A DNA stretch of 63,510 nucleotides, the filler included, from Octopus bimaculoides (Eukaryota), in the NCBI RefSeq assembly GCF_001194135.2. It is 7 parts of 6 records of this genome, joined end to end, with 100 filler letters (N's around TTAATTAATTAA, not from the genome) between each part and the next. Parts side by side here need not be neighbours in the genome. Positions count along the whole stretch, not along the records: positions 15,154 to 31,108 come from NC_068981.1; positions 31,209 to 42,845 come from NC_068993.1; 5 more parts are not named here. One strand, given 5' to 3'. Numbering within the stretch: position 1 is the stretch's first letter; the number at the start of each line of letters is the position of its first letter. The notes beneath the pieces are model-generated. The model had not been told where the DNA came from. It searched no databases and was given only the letters and a program-made list of their open reading frames with translations. The translations under genes and the position numbers were made by a program. This document shows, one piece after another, positions 26,678-38,890 of this stretch.

Positions 26678-26698
26678 TTGGAGATGGCCTTCCACCAA
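26678..26698 (+). CDS. Probable 21-nt phase-1/phase-1 micro-exon, (V)GDGLPP
   Basis: TTTCCCTACTGTTTCAG|TTGGAGATGGCCTTCCACCAA|GTAAGT has strong acceptor and donor sites, is GC-rich against its flanks, and stays open in the frame carried from 25352. Confidence 0.65.
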
Positions 26699-27024
26699 GT
26701 AAGTATGAGTACGATTATATATATATTTTAGGGAATTTTTTGTATGATTCTTGTCATTACAAATTAATGAATCAGAAGTCTATTGTTTATTTACCAAACC
26801 AACTTCAAATGTTCAGTCAGACGCTGGCATCGCCGTTTGTTTCAAAAGTTTGCATAACGCAATCATAATTCCGGATCTTTGTTCACTGAGCAATAATTTA
26901 CGTATCTACTGTGTTTTCGAATTGACCGATATATTGTGAGTGTAATTGTGGAATTTTGTAGATGGATCCTGCGTAGAAGTCCCGTCAAATATATTACCTT
27001 TTGCTTCTTACCGTTACTCGTTCT

Positions 27025-27196
27025 AGTCATAGGACTACGGCCATGCTTGAGCACCGCCTTAAAGGGTTTTGTCGAAAAAATCGGCTCCAGTACATATCAT
27101 AACTCTGGTGTTTATTTCATTGGTCTATTTTGCCGAACCGCTCAGTTACGGAAAAGTAAACAGATCAACATCAACACAGGTTGCCAAGCAGCTGTA

Positions 27197-27242
<46 letters not shown>

Positions 27243-27445
27243 CACACTTACACACTTCACAAACACACGCACACACACACACACACGTCCGATAGGCTTC
27301 CTTCATAGGCTTTCTTCATATCCACTCACAAGGCTTTGGTCGTCCTGAAGCACTTACTCGAAGTTCCACACAGTGGGACTGAACCCCAAACCATGCGGTT
27401 GGAAAGCTGTCTTCTTCCTAAAAAGCAACTACTGCACCTATATGC
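27025..27445 (-). mobile_element. SINE family C, diverged full length with internal (AC)n
   Basis: Head remnant (CAGTGGGACTGAACCCC...CCATGCGGTTGG) and tail remnant (GGCCATGCTTGAGCACCGCCTT) flank a microsatellite. Confidence 0.8.
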
Positions 27446-29207
27446 GTGTGGTGGGGACGATGTGCATGCATATGCACGCATGTATGTGTGTTTGTGAGAG
27501 TGTGTTTTCATGTTTAACTTGTGCGTATGGAATTGTGTAATTTCACGCGGAATAAGGTTACTAAACCGTTCAAAAAATAGAGTACCAGAAAAAAAGTTTA
27601 AAGTCAAAGAAAGCAGTAGGGTCAATAAGATTGTCTAAAGCCCTAGAATACAATGCCCCAGAATGGCCGCAGTGAAGTAACTAGATCCAATATAAAAGTA
27701 AAAGAACAGTGAACTCAAAGATGGCTTTATATTGCTATAGTATTGAATTATTTCATCTAATTCAAGCGTTCCCTTTAAATTAAAAATGTATAATCAGTAC
27801 TTTGAATCATTGTTGCTTATTGGTAATTATAATTATGGAATAATTATCCTATCGATTATGCCGAAATGAGAAATTCAGTCGAATCATATTTGAACTAAAA
27901 ATCGCGAGAAAGATTCCGAAATAGACTTTTTTTTAATATTCGGCCATTTTCTCCACTCATATAACATAGGTTTCTGACATTAGGAGCAAGCCAAACTTGT
28001 GGGAAGAATAGAGTCTCTCACATCGATCTCAGTGCTTCATAAGTACATTTACTGACCCCAGAAACGAAAAGCGTCACAATAAACCTCCATGAGATTTGAA
28101 CTCAGGACAAAAAAAAAAAAAAGTCCGTACCTAAATATTTCATTGCATTTTGTCTGGACGTTCTGCTGGATTTACCGTTCCAGCACCGTCTCCACTGTTT
28201 TAATATTCATTCTAACATTGGTGCAATCCATCGTATTTCGAGGGACGGTATAATCAGTTTAATAGACCCCAATATTCTACTGGTGCTTAATTTTATCGAT
28301 CTCTGAGGATGAAAGGCGAAGTGGATTGAAGAGCATAATTCTTAAAGGAATTTTACTAGCGATGTGAGATTTGTGCATTAAAGTGCTAATCTTTATGATG
28401 ATTTACTAATCCAAATGTGGGTGGTTTATTTTGCCTCTGTTTCTGCGAATTTATTCATGCATATATTTCAATTTATTAATGCTTCATGAATCTAGCTGTA
28501 ACATATCACCATAAAATTTTAGTTTTTAGCACCCCACGAGTAATTATATCTTTCACAGAACTGTAAGATTCAGTGAAACATTTTATCGGAATAATATATT
28601 TGATATATACACGCTGCCGTAAGATAAATACAAACCTTTTAAATTATTCTTCATGTAATACATCAACAGCAATTCGGCTTGGTGGAACGCTTTCTTCTCT
28701 GAGGTGTTAAGTTCGGTCATTTCATTTTCAGTGATAATCTATGACGAACTAATTAAGTGATAATGCGTTTTAATTAGAATACAGTGACCATGACGTTATA
28801 AGAAAGCGTACATACATCAGTCAGTAACCTAGTATGTTATCAGTTTGGTTATCTGTATCTCTACACAAGTCATCGAGGTGCTTCGTAAGTAAAACAGCTG
28901 AAATGAAGTGTAATCTTAAATGAGGTCTTATCTTTATATGTCAGCACACTTATACATACATGCATAAATAAAGTACAAATAATATTATCGAATCTATGTA
29001 CGTAGAAATTTGTGAGCGTGAATAAATTAGAGGTTTGATATCGTAACTGACATTGAAGTATCAACTAAAGATTTATGATTCTCTTTTTACGGGAGTGAAT
29101 AGGCTAGTGAGAAATTCACCGGTAGTCCTGAAAATAAAATGAAACTAATGTATTCAAATTTAAGCATATGCAAAGTTTTTCCCACGAATATGGCATTCAA
29201 CTCCAGA

Positions 29208-30060
29208 TACGAAGTGATATCAAAAAGTTCCCGGACTTGTTACGTTTCATAAAAAAAACAACTTATTTACCTAAGTTTAGACATCATCTCCTTCGAAATA
29301 GTCACCTTGCGCAGCAATACACCGGTCCCAGCTTTCCTGTCACTTCTGGAATCCGACCTTAGAAGTCGTTTTTCGTAAGCGAGTCGAGGACCTTCTGCGA
29401 TTCTCTTTTGATCTCGACAATGGTGTTAAACGGCGACGTTTGAGCTGAATTTTTCATCTTGGGGAAGAGATGGAAGTCCGCAGGTGTTAAATCTGGCGAA
29501 TAGGACAGAATAAGAGAGCTCGGTGACAGGGTGCATTGTCCGGTTCTTCGCGCTCCACAGGTCCGGTCGCTTTCGCTGAATGTTCTCCCTCAAACGCTCC
29601 AATTGTCCTCCGACGATCCTCATGCACAACTGATGAATTTTCTCTACATTTCCGAAGGATGACGCTCGTGGCATATCTTCTAGATCGCTCATCGTCTTCC
29701 AGGGACGTTCTTTCGTTTTTGAAGCATCCGTGCCACTCGAAACATTGCGTACGACCCATTGCCTCGTCATTGTAAGTTGCTGAAGCATGCTCAATGTCTC
29801 TGTAGGAGACTTCCCAAGTTTAACGCAAAATTTAACATTGGCTCTTCGTTCTTACTTCCTGTCCATGACAAAAATCGCATACTACGCATACGTGATCACA
29901 GAAGCACAACTTTCACAACTTGCGAAGTAAACACAGCGATGTCACTCGGCACACTGCCTCGTGAAGTTCACTGCTAACTCTTATTGCGCACGCAACCATG
30001 TGCTGCCATCTGTTGGTGCGCTACAGAACTAGTCCGAGAACTTTTTGCTACAAACAGCTA
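29208..30060 (-). mobile_element. Mariner-family DNA transposon, internally deleted and decayed
   Basis: MGRTQCFEWHGCFKNERTSLEDDERS (HTH region) is joined to LRENIQRKRPDLW...DNAPCHRAL (catalytic region). The TIR pair is TACGAAGTGATATCAAAAAGTTCCCGGACT (29208-29237) and AGTCCGAGAACTTTTTG (30031-30047). Confidence 0.88.
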
Positions 30061-30111
30061 TCGCTTTAAACATGTTTTATTTTTTATTTGAAATATAAGA
30101 ACAAGTAAATA

Positions 30112-30326
30112 ATCCTTTCTACTAAAGACACAAGGCCTGAAATTTTGGGGAGAGGGATAGTCGATTACATCGACCCCAGTGTTTCACTGGTACTTATTTC
30201 ATCGACCCCGAAAGGAAGAAAGGCAAAGTAGACTTCGGTGGAATTTGAACTCAGAACGTAAAAACAGACGAAATGCTGCTAAGCATTTTGCCCGGCGTGC
30301 TAACGATTCTGCCAGCTTGCCGCTTT
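30112..30326 (-). mobile_element. SINE family B, well preserved (second degenerate copy at ~30510-30640)
   Basis: ACAAGGCCTGAAATTTTGGGG...GAATTTGAACTCAGAACG...GCTAACGATTCTGCCAGCTTGCCGC. Confidence 0.9.
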
Positions 30327-31071
30327 AGAACGTCCAAAATATTTAATTTTCTAATTTTGAAACCCAGTTTCTTATTGGAATGAATTACGTATCGAGACGA
30401 AGACCACGGTCGAATAAGATTTTAACTTAAGATCACAAGAGAAAAATTCTAAAACAGATTTTTCTTTCTGGTTTGGTCATTTTCCAACTCATAATATGTA
30501 TTACTAACATAGGTAGGACTCCAGACTTTTTGTGGGAGGGCTAATAGTCAACCATAATACTTGACTAGTACTTACGTTACCGATCCCAAAAGAAGGAAAA
30601 GGTAAAATCGAACTCTGCGAAATTTGAACTCAGAGCTATTAAATCTCATCATGGTAGATACAAATGTCCGCCAACCTCCTCGTTTAAAGTTGCTATGCGA
30701 TCTGGTCATCATTTATTACTATGGACCAGAGGTGATATCTGCTGTGCAACAGGCCATTCAATATTTACTCTACCACGTCAATTTCAACGGTAGACCTCGT
30801 TCAACTGTCACCAGTTGTTTGCACTTCTCACCTTTAGGCGTTACTTGTACTAACAAAATATATACAATGCTGATAACGTGTACGATAAGAAATTCGGTGT
30901 TCTTTCTATTAGAGGTAATAAATAAAATAAATTACTGTGATTAAATAGTGTAAGTTACAATATAAGGTTGAAACATCCTGTAAACTATGGTATATAATAT
31001 AATCATTCAACATTTTATTGAATTCTCCGTATGTATTATAAGTTAATTCAGAGTATAGTGCACACACACAG

Positions 31072-31108
<37 letters not shown>

Positions 31109-31647
31109 NNNNNNNNNNNNNNNNNNNNNNNNNNNNNNNNNNNNNNNNNNNNTTAATTAATTAANNNNNNNNNNNNNNNNNNNNNNNNNNNNNNNNNNNN
31201 NNNNNNNNTATATACATATATATGAATCAAAACAGTTTGCTACATTTGACTTTCAAGCGCGATGCTAGTCTTCAGCCATTTTGAATTTGATTTTAGTTCT
31301 CAGCCATAGAACACTTCAGCTCCAATTTTTTAATCAAAGTAATGTAAAATATATTCATACACTATTGATTCTCGCGTCATTAGTCGACGTGTGTGGGTTC
31401 TGCAATTTCTTCAACAATCACACACATGATTTGTTTATAGTGCTGTACATAGGCTAAGTTCCTCAATCAGATTGACATTATCCGTAAAGGTACACGACGT
31501 GTCACATGTCAGATGATGGAATAATCGCAGAGGGTCAGGTGTAATAAAGTGTTCTGCTAAAGAAAACAATACAACGCTCGGTCTGTGAATCGAAACCAAG
31601 ATCTTGTAATCACGAGTGCTACACCTTAACACACACACACACACACA

Positions 31648-31693
<46 letters not shown>

Positions 31694-31780
31694 NNNNNNN
31701 NNNNNNNNNNNNNNNNNNNNNNNNNNNNNNNNNNNNNNNNNNNNNNNNNNNNNNNNNNNNNNNNNNNNNNNNNNNNNNNN

Positions 31781-31827
<47 letters not shown>

Positions 31828-31844
31828 CATAACAGCTAAGCTAC

Positions 31845-31905
31845 TGGGAGAGACTGAAAGATTTACGACTCTACTCGCTGGAGCGATGACGGGAGAGGTA
31901 TGCAG

Positions 31906-31939
<34 letters not shown>

Positions 31940-32340
31940 AAGATACTGGAGGGAATGGCACCAAACTTTGGAATCGAGAGCTATACCAGACCCAGAACTG
32001 GACATCACTGCACTGTTCTAAAGGTCCCAGCATCCTCATCTTGAGTGAGGACCATGTACTGCAATAGCATGGGATTCAAGAGCCCACAGCTATTATTTAA
32101 CGCCCTGCCAAAGAATCTGCGGAATGACCATGGAATTGTGGTAGATGTTTTCAAGAAACAACTTGACCTCCTCCTATCCAAGGTCCCGAATGAACCAATA
32201 CCGAGGCAGGAGACTCAAAAGAGGACATGGTGTTAAATACCCTCCCTCAACAAAAACCAAATACATAAGGTTGATTACAATAGCAGTGTCCCAGCATGGC
32301 CACAGCCTTAGGGCTGAACCGTATGAAGAATGAAAGAACA
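31845..32340 (+). mobile_element. CR1-like LINE 3' end (ORF2 C-terminus plus 3' UTR)
   Basis: RLYSLER*RERYAVIY[(TA)n]WKILEGMAPNFG...LFNALPKNLRN...FKKQLDLLLSKVPNEP, followed by a tail with CCAGCATGGCCACAGCCTTAGGGCTGAA. Confidence 0.85.
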
Positions 32341-33298
32341 CACACGCACATACACACGCACACACTCACACAGATACACTGAGTTTAAGGTATGACCGCT
32401 TTTGATTTTCAACCGCCTCTATGTTGCACAACCGCGCTACGACAACGCATCTCTATTACCACTTTATGCAAAAGTTGTAACGAGAAGACGTTAAAACATT
32501 AATGAGTGTTGGAGACTAAATATAAAGGTTTATTGGATAATTTATCATTGTTATAGAAGAATAAAATCAATCACAGTTGTGCTTTGACAGCAGAACTTAT
32601 TCTCTCCTATGTTTGAGAGGATAGCACCGATATTTCGGAATCGTTATCTTTAGAAGGGTTTTGAAACCGATAGATCTTCGAACATCCATGTGGAGCGAAG
32701 ACAACAAATGTTCTAAAAGTTTGTTGCATAACTCCTGCGACATGGCGCTAACTCTGTTTCAGTCTTTCTTCGTGACCGATTTAAAGATTTACAAATCCGT
32801 TAAAATTCTTCAAAATTTCTCAAAGCTGCTGATTAACGTGTACTCACTGATTAGAAGAAATACTTGAGAAAGTGAAAAGAAAAAGAACGGGATAAATAAA
32901 GAAAATCAGGATGAAGGAAATGAAGCATAAATTAAATAGAGATATAGGATCAAGAAGTGACAGTGAAATGACTATAGCCGAAGCAATTTGTTCTAATATA
33001 TTTCGCCGCTTGGAAACGCCATGAACGAATAATCCGGTCGATAATTTATGGGCTAAAGCCATTATTTGAAGTTGACATGAACTTTACGTCTTCTTCCAAC
33101 TTATTTGCTATCTGAATGCCTTTATCCCTCGAACTCACACTAAACAATACATATATGCACATTCATCTAGATACATACATAACTACATACATACATATAC
33201 ACACAAATACACATATATAGATACGTATACATATATACATACATATGTGCATGTATATATACACATATACTTATGTATATGTGTACATATACTTATAA

Positions 33299-33367
<69 letters not shown>

Positions 33368-34440
33368 CATATCTATGTATTCATATATGCAGGCGTATGT
33401 TATGTGGTTCTTCAAATACAGTCATATACAGTTATATACATATATATATATGTGTGTGTGTGTATGTGTGAAGGTGTTCGTTCGTGAGCACTAAGGCTTA
33501 TAGATTTATTCACACAAGCACAACACTCACTCTCTCACTAGCACATGCGAGTGAACAGACACACATAACACAAACACATACACACACAGAAGCACAATCA
33601 CGCACATACACACACTCAAGCACATATACAAGCAAGCACATATACAAGCAAGCACATATACAAGCACACGACACGCATCACAATGTGTATTTGTCGTTTA
33701 CGCTTACGAAACAGCCGAAAGCAAGCAGACGATATCTGTTGATAAAGTGACAGTGAAACTAAATATAGAAAATGCAAGAATTAAAAGCTGCAATGGATTA
33801 TAAAATCATTAGAGATTGTTTATCTTAATGAAACAATACTTGTTACGCGCTCTATAAATAAAAGACGACTGGGCACTGTTGTATTTGTCTGTATCTTTGT
33901 GTCTTTGTGTGTAAATGTGTTTGTCTGTGTTCATGTGAGGCTGTGTATGCTTCTATGTCCATGTAATTGCCTGTGTGGTTGTGAGTTAAGGAAATTAATC
34001 TAAGGTGATACAAGAAGAAAATGTATGCGTAAGAAAGAGATAAAACTGGATAGAGAGGAAGTAAAGGAGAAAAGGATGAGAAAAAGAAAGGGCCTGAGAA
34101 AAGGAGGGAGGAATCATTGTTAGGTTGGAGTTGGTGAAATATGATATTGGGTGTTCTTCCATGGAGTATATCCAAATAATATTTATCGTGTTAACTACCT
34201 CCACCGCTACCAAAATAACACCACAACGACAAGCACCACCGCCAACACTATTATCATCACCACCAACAACAACAACGACAACAACTACCGTCATCACCAC
34301 CACCATCACCACTGATATACGTTCATTATTATTACTTTTATCGTGAGAGCCCCAATACTTTAACATTTCGTAATGTCTTGGAGTTATATTGCTGTGTCCA
34401 TCATTAGGGCAACATTGTCGATGGTAACATATAATGACAA

Positions 34441-34506
<66 letters not shown>

Positions 34507-37500
34507 TTTACTTTTGAAGGATTCAAAACTGAGTAGGACGATTATTAGAGTGTCGTTATTTCTTTATCCTGTCCCGATCAATATTTTACTGAATTAATGT
34601 AATATGATATACAGTCTGGTATATTATTTCAGAGAAGGGTTGTAGTACTGGGCTTATCTTTTGAATTGCTACTGTTACTGTATATGTTATTTCATTTAAT
34701 CTGGAATAATTTTCGTTGGTGTAGTTGCTTGTTTCTTTTATATGAGGAGCATGAAGTTCACTATATTTAATTAAGGGGTTTTATGTTCCGAGTTCAAATC
34801 CTTTAATAGCTGATAAATTATTACCAGCAAATTACTGTGGTTGAATTATTATTTTATTTTATCCTACCATTTATACGGGTGGTCTTATAAATATGTTCAA
34901 AGATATTCATTTGCGCCAAATTAGATGAACATCAAACGGTAACTGAAGCATGAATAAACCTGTGTGATCAATAATTCATTTCTAAGACCGTAATCAGCTG
35001 ATGTATAAAGTCAAACGATTAAGGCTGTGAATTTTATCACCTGCCTTACTTCTGTTATCCCCTTCGACGAAATTCTATAAAAAAACATCTTCAGATGTTT
35101 TGCCAGAATGTTTTTAACCATCCTCGTCTTTATGAGTATCTTAAGGAAATCGTCATAGTTTATTACTGAGTTTAAGCTCGTTTTATCTATAAATGATAAT
35201 ATTTCTATCGATGTAATCGATAGTTGCCATTTTATGGGGTTGCACTGTCACAAATCTCATCCGGTTTATTTATTTCCATGAGTCCTAATGGGGATATTTA
35301 AATAACTTGGATATGTTTACTCAGTATTTCACTTTGATTTCAGGGCTTGCATTCAGTAAAGGATTTCCTTCGAACAATGACTCTGACTTGTAAAGTACAC
35401 AGATTGATTCCTTTGCAAAATTACTGTAAGTCTTAAGGTTCATTCTTACATTTTCTAAGCACTGGTTTGTATTTTTGCCTTAACCCTTTTATGGGAGAAT
35501 CTACGTTATTATTTGTTTCTGTTTGTCACATCTAAGAGTGTCCATTTTATGGAGGTTCTACCTTGTTTGACTTTAGGTTGTTTATTTAGTTTCATATGAG
35601 TAACGTTTTTGCGTATATAGACCCATCTCTTCAAGAAAACTTAATGCATATATTTGGCGTTATTGGCATAAATGCTTTAAGCTTTATTGCGTTGTCTTAC
35701 ACAAGGTCACTTTGAGGCTAGTTATGTTTCACCATCACTTTTTTAATAAATTTCAGGTAGTTTTCCAAATGATTTGACGCTGAATAGAATTTGAATGTTT
35801 TTTATTGCAGTATTCTACTAATATCTTTGATACATATAATGTTAATGCTACAATCTCTGAGCGGCCAGTTCAAATGGAGTAGTTTTACTTTATTATTGTA
35901 CGTTTTGTGAGGAATGGTTATAATTTTGAGCACGATTTTGACAGCGTTGGAAATAGGTATGGTTGCAGTTCTTTCCAATTTCTCTATACCGGGTTCTCCA
36001 TACGTTTTAGGTAGACACTACAGGAAATTTAGGCAATGAATACTTTTTGTTATTTGCCCTTTACTTTTAATTTTAGTACTTTTTGAGTTTTTCGAGCTTG
36101 TCTGCTTTATTGTACTTCTGCGCGGATCACTGTTTTACATCTTTTGGCAATAACCTTCGTATTAATTTGTCTGGTGTTTTCACCTCCATGTTTGCCTTTA
36201 GAAGTGGTGCTAAATTGTTTCATTTTTGTATTGTCTTTCTTGGTATCTTGTTCATTCTTGTCACGAAGTTGAATTTTCTGAACCTGAATGGAATTTGTGA
36301 GTCTTTATTATTTGTGGCTTAGTCACTACACTTTCTCAGTCTTCACCTTTCGCAATACTGTGTAATAAGTTTAGACATGGCTTGACGAGAGGGCATAAAA
36401 CAAACACATATGTGCCTTTTCGCCTCTATTTAAGCCATAGATATATGGAATCCATCATTTTTAGGACTTGCACAGTTAGATTACACTGGTTTACAAAAAA
36501 CTTGTTTATGCTCTGAGGCAAGAATGTGAATAGGTTTATTTTTTTTTACTAATTTTGATGTGGTGAATTCAAATTTCTGAACGGTTTTGCTCTATCACCT
36601 CTAATTGTTTTTGCCTTCACATATCCCATTTTAAATATACTGCATATAAATTCAAATTATGTGTTTATTTCATCTGTTATAAAAGCATATTACAGAAGAA
36701 AACAGCATAGATACAGAACATTGATGCAACTAAATTACTTGGATAATACAATACACACAAATCTGTGTAAATCAGTGTTATTGGGGAGAAAATATTCACT
36801 CTGGCATATTTTTGGAGAAAACAGATTTCTTCCAATTAACTGTTTTAAGTTTCAAATGCAAATTTCTGGCTATGTCTTCTCTAAGTTAGATTTGTGAGCG
36901 TCCTCTGTTTATATGAACTCTGCAACAAAATTTATTTACTAAAAGTATTTATTGAGTTTTATCTATAATGCAGACAATAAGATGAAGGGAAGAGGGAAGA
37001 ATGAGAAAAGTGACAAACAAGGGGCAGTTTAAAGTTTATTGGTTTCAATGAGAAAAATGCTAAAGATTAGCATGGACTGAGATCGTAATGTAGAATCTTG
37101 GAGGGAAAGTGCAGAATAAATGGAAGATTACGTGTATATATAATACACCCCGTTGTGAAGAACAGTGGAAACGTGTGCAAATTCGTGCTAACTACCTGAG
37201 AAAGGGAAAGCGGAAGATATAGAGGAAGGGAAATAAAAAAAAAGATACAAAGAAAGGAGACTGCACGTATTTAATTAAATTTGCATTACAAAGAAGATAA
37301 AATAATCGAAAGTAAATATATAACAGAAAGAAGAAAATCAAAAGGAAATGCTTAGCTATGATTACTATTAAGAACAATGCAGAAAGCTAAAATACTTTTG
37401 AAAAGAACATAAAGAAGGTAAATAGAAAAATATTAAGTACACAACGAAAATAAAATTAAGCTTAACAATGTGCAAGCAGAGAACGAAAATTAAATAAAAG

Positions 37501-37939
37501 TACAAAGAGAAAATAGGAAGATCGAGAGAACAGACTGAATGAAATATCTGATATAGCATAGATAATCAAATAATGAACAATGAGAGTTTACATCACCTTT
37601 TGTGTGTCCCAAAATATTAAAAGGTTTTCAAAGACATTTCCCTAAGTTCTTGCTTTTGTATAAACCTAACACTTCTCTATGAACTGTGACACGTGCTTTT
37701 AGCAATGATTTTTGTTTTCCTTACGGTTTTAGAGTGCATTAAATCGTTGGCTGAAATAACTTCGAATCCAACACAAGATATATGTATATATACAATTAAG
37801 CAATGCTTTATCATAACGCGGAATGTATCGATGAAGCAAGCAATGTTCATTGATGTGTGGTACTCCGTAACTGCAATGCTATCCAAAAGTATCCAATAAT
37901 GAACGGATCCCTAATCGTGGCGTAAAAATATAATAAAAA

Positions 37940-38095
37940 GTGACGAATAGGTTATCTGGTACTTAATTCATCAACCACAAAACGATAAAAGGCGAAGTGG
38001 ACCTCGGCGGAAGTTGAACGCAGAAGGTAGTGACGGGTGAAATACTGGTAGGCATATTGCCCGATGTGCTAACGATTCTGCTAGTTCGCCACTTT
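37940..38095 (-). mobile_element. SINE family B, diverged
   Basis: GGCGAAGTGGACCTCGGCGGAAGTTGAACGCAG...GTGCTAACGATTCTGCTAGTTCGCC. Confidence 0.8.
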
Positions 38096-38121
38096 AAGAA
38101 GAATAATAATGGTTTCAAATT

Positions 38122-38196
<75 letters not shown>

Positions 38197-38262
38197 TGCC
38201 CTAGGTGTACGGAAAACACTCGGCGAGAAACGGGAGAAAATTTGAAGAAAGAAGAAAAAAAC
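38197..38262 (+). mobile_element. Tiny 3'-terminal fragment of an R4/Dong-like element embedded in (AAT)n
   Basis: CCCTAGGTGTACGGAAAACACTCGGCGAGAAACGG resembles the 3' UTR at ~10718-10760 (GGTGTCAGGAAGACACTCGGCAAGAAATGG). AAT repeats lie on both sides. Confidence 0.6.
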
Positions 38263-38295
<33 letters not shown>

Positions 38296-38890
38296 TCCTT
38301 GCTGCACATTTGCACAGTCTCAGTCAACCTCTCCATTTCAGACACTGGTTTTGGGAACAGTTTTGAATCATCCATGAAGAGAAGGTGGTTGAGACGAGAT
38401 CCATTCTTTCTCAGTTCAGAGTGCACGTTGATTTTGCGTAGGACTACAGAAAGTGGGATCAAGGCTGTAACAAATAACAGAGGTGAACAAGAGTCTCCCT
38501 GATTGTTACCTCGGTTAAGTGCTGGTTGTTACAGGAAAGACGTATTCTCCAACTAGGCATGCTGTTCTTAATCAATATACACACGTTCTCAGCTATTCCA
38601 CAGATGTCGAGTGTTTCTACAATCCACGAATGCGGTAACATGTTGTGAGGAGCCTTTTTGAAGTGTATCCAGGTTATGCATAAGTTTCATCGGAGCATTG
38701 GGTTTAATACCACGCAATCTGAGAAAACATCTGAAGACTTCAGAAATACCCTACAGTATAGATGTATTGTAAAAGTCGGTATTACTTGGAAATGCACGCA
38801 TATTGCGGAAAGTACTGTCTGTCTGAGATCCTTCCTGGGATTTGACAGGTGGTACAAACCATCGGTAGACACAATATTTTCAATCAACTA
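38296..38890 (-). mobile_element. R4/Dong-like reverse transcriptase fragment
   Basis: MLPHSWIVETLDICGIAENVCILIKNSMPSW ... LIPLSVVLRK...GSRLNHLLFMDDSKLF contains the RT (Y/F)xDD motif; frameshifted. Confidence 0.85.

Noticed and set aside
28559-28884. Possible micro-exons AACT (28559-28562) and TCATCGAGGTGCTTC (28870-28884)
   Set aside because: Donors are good, but one is only 4 nt and the other has a weak AAG acceptor. Such pairs are expected by chance in AT-rich introns.
35344-35425. Possible exon after TTGATTTCAG
   Set aside because: It reads RLAFSKGFPSNNDSDL* in the carried phase or needs a different phase. There is no homology or compositional support to choose either reading.
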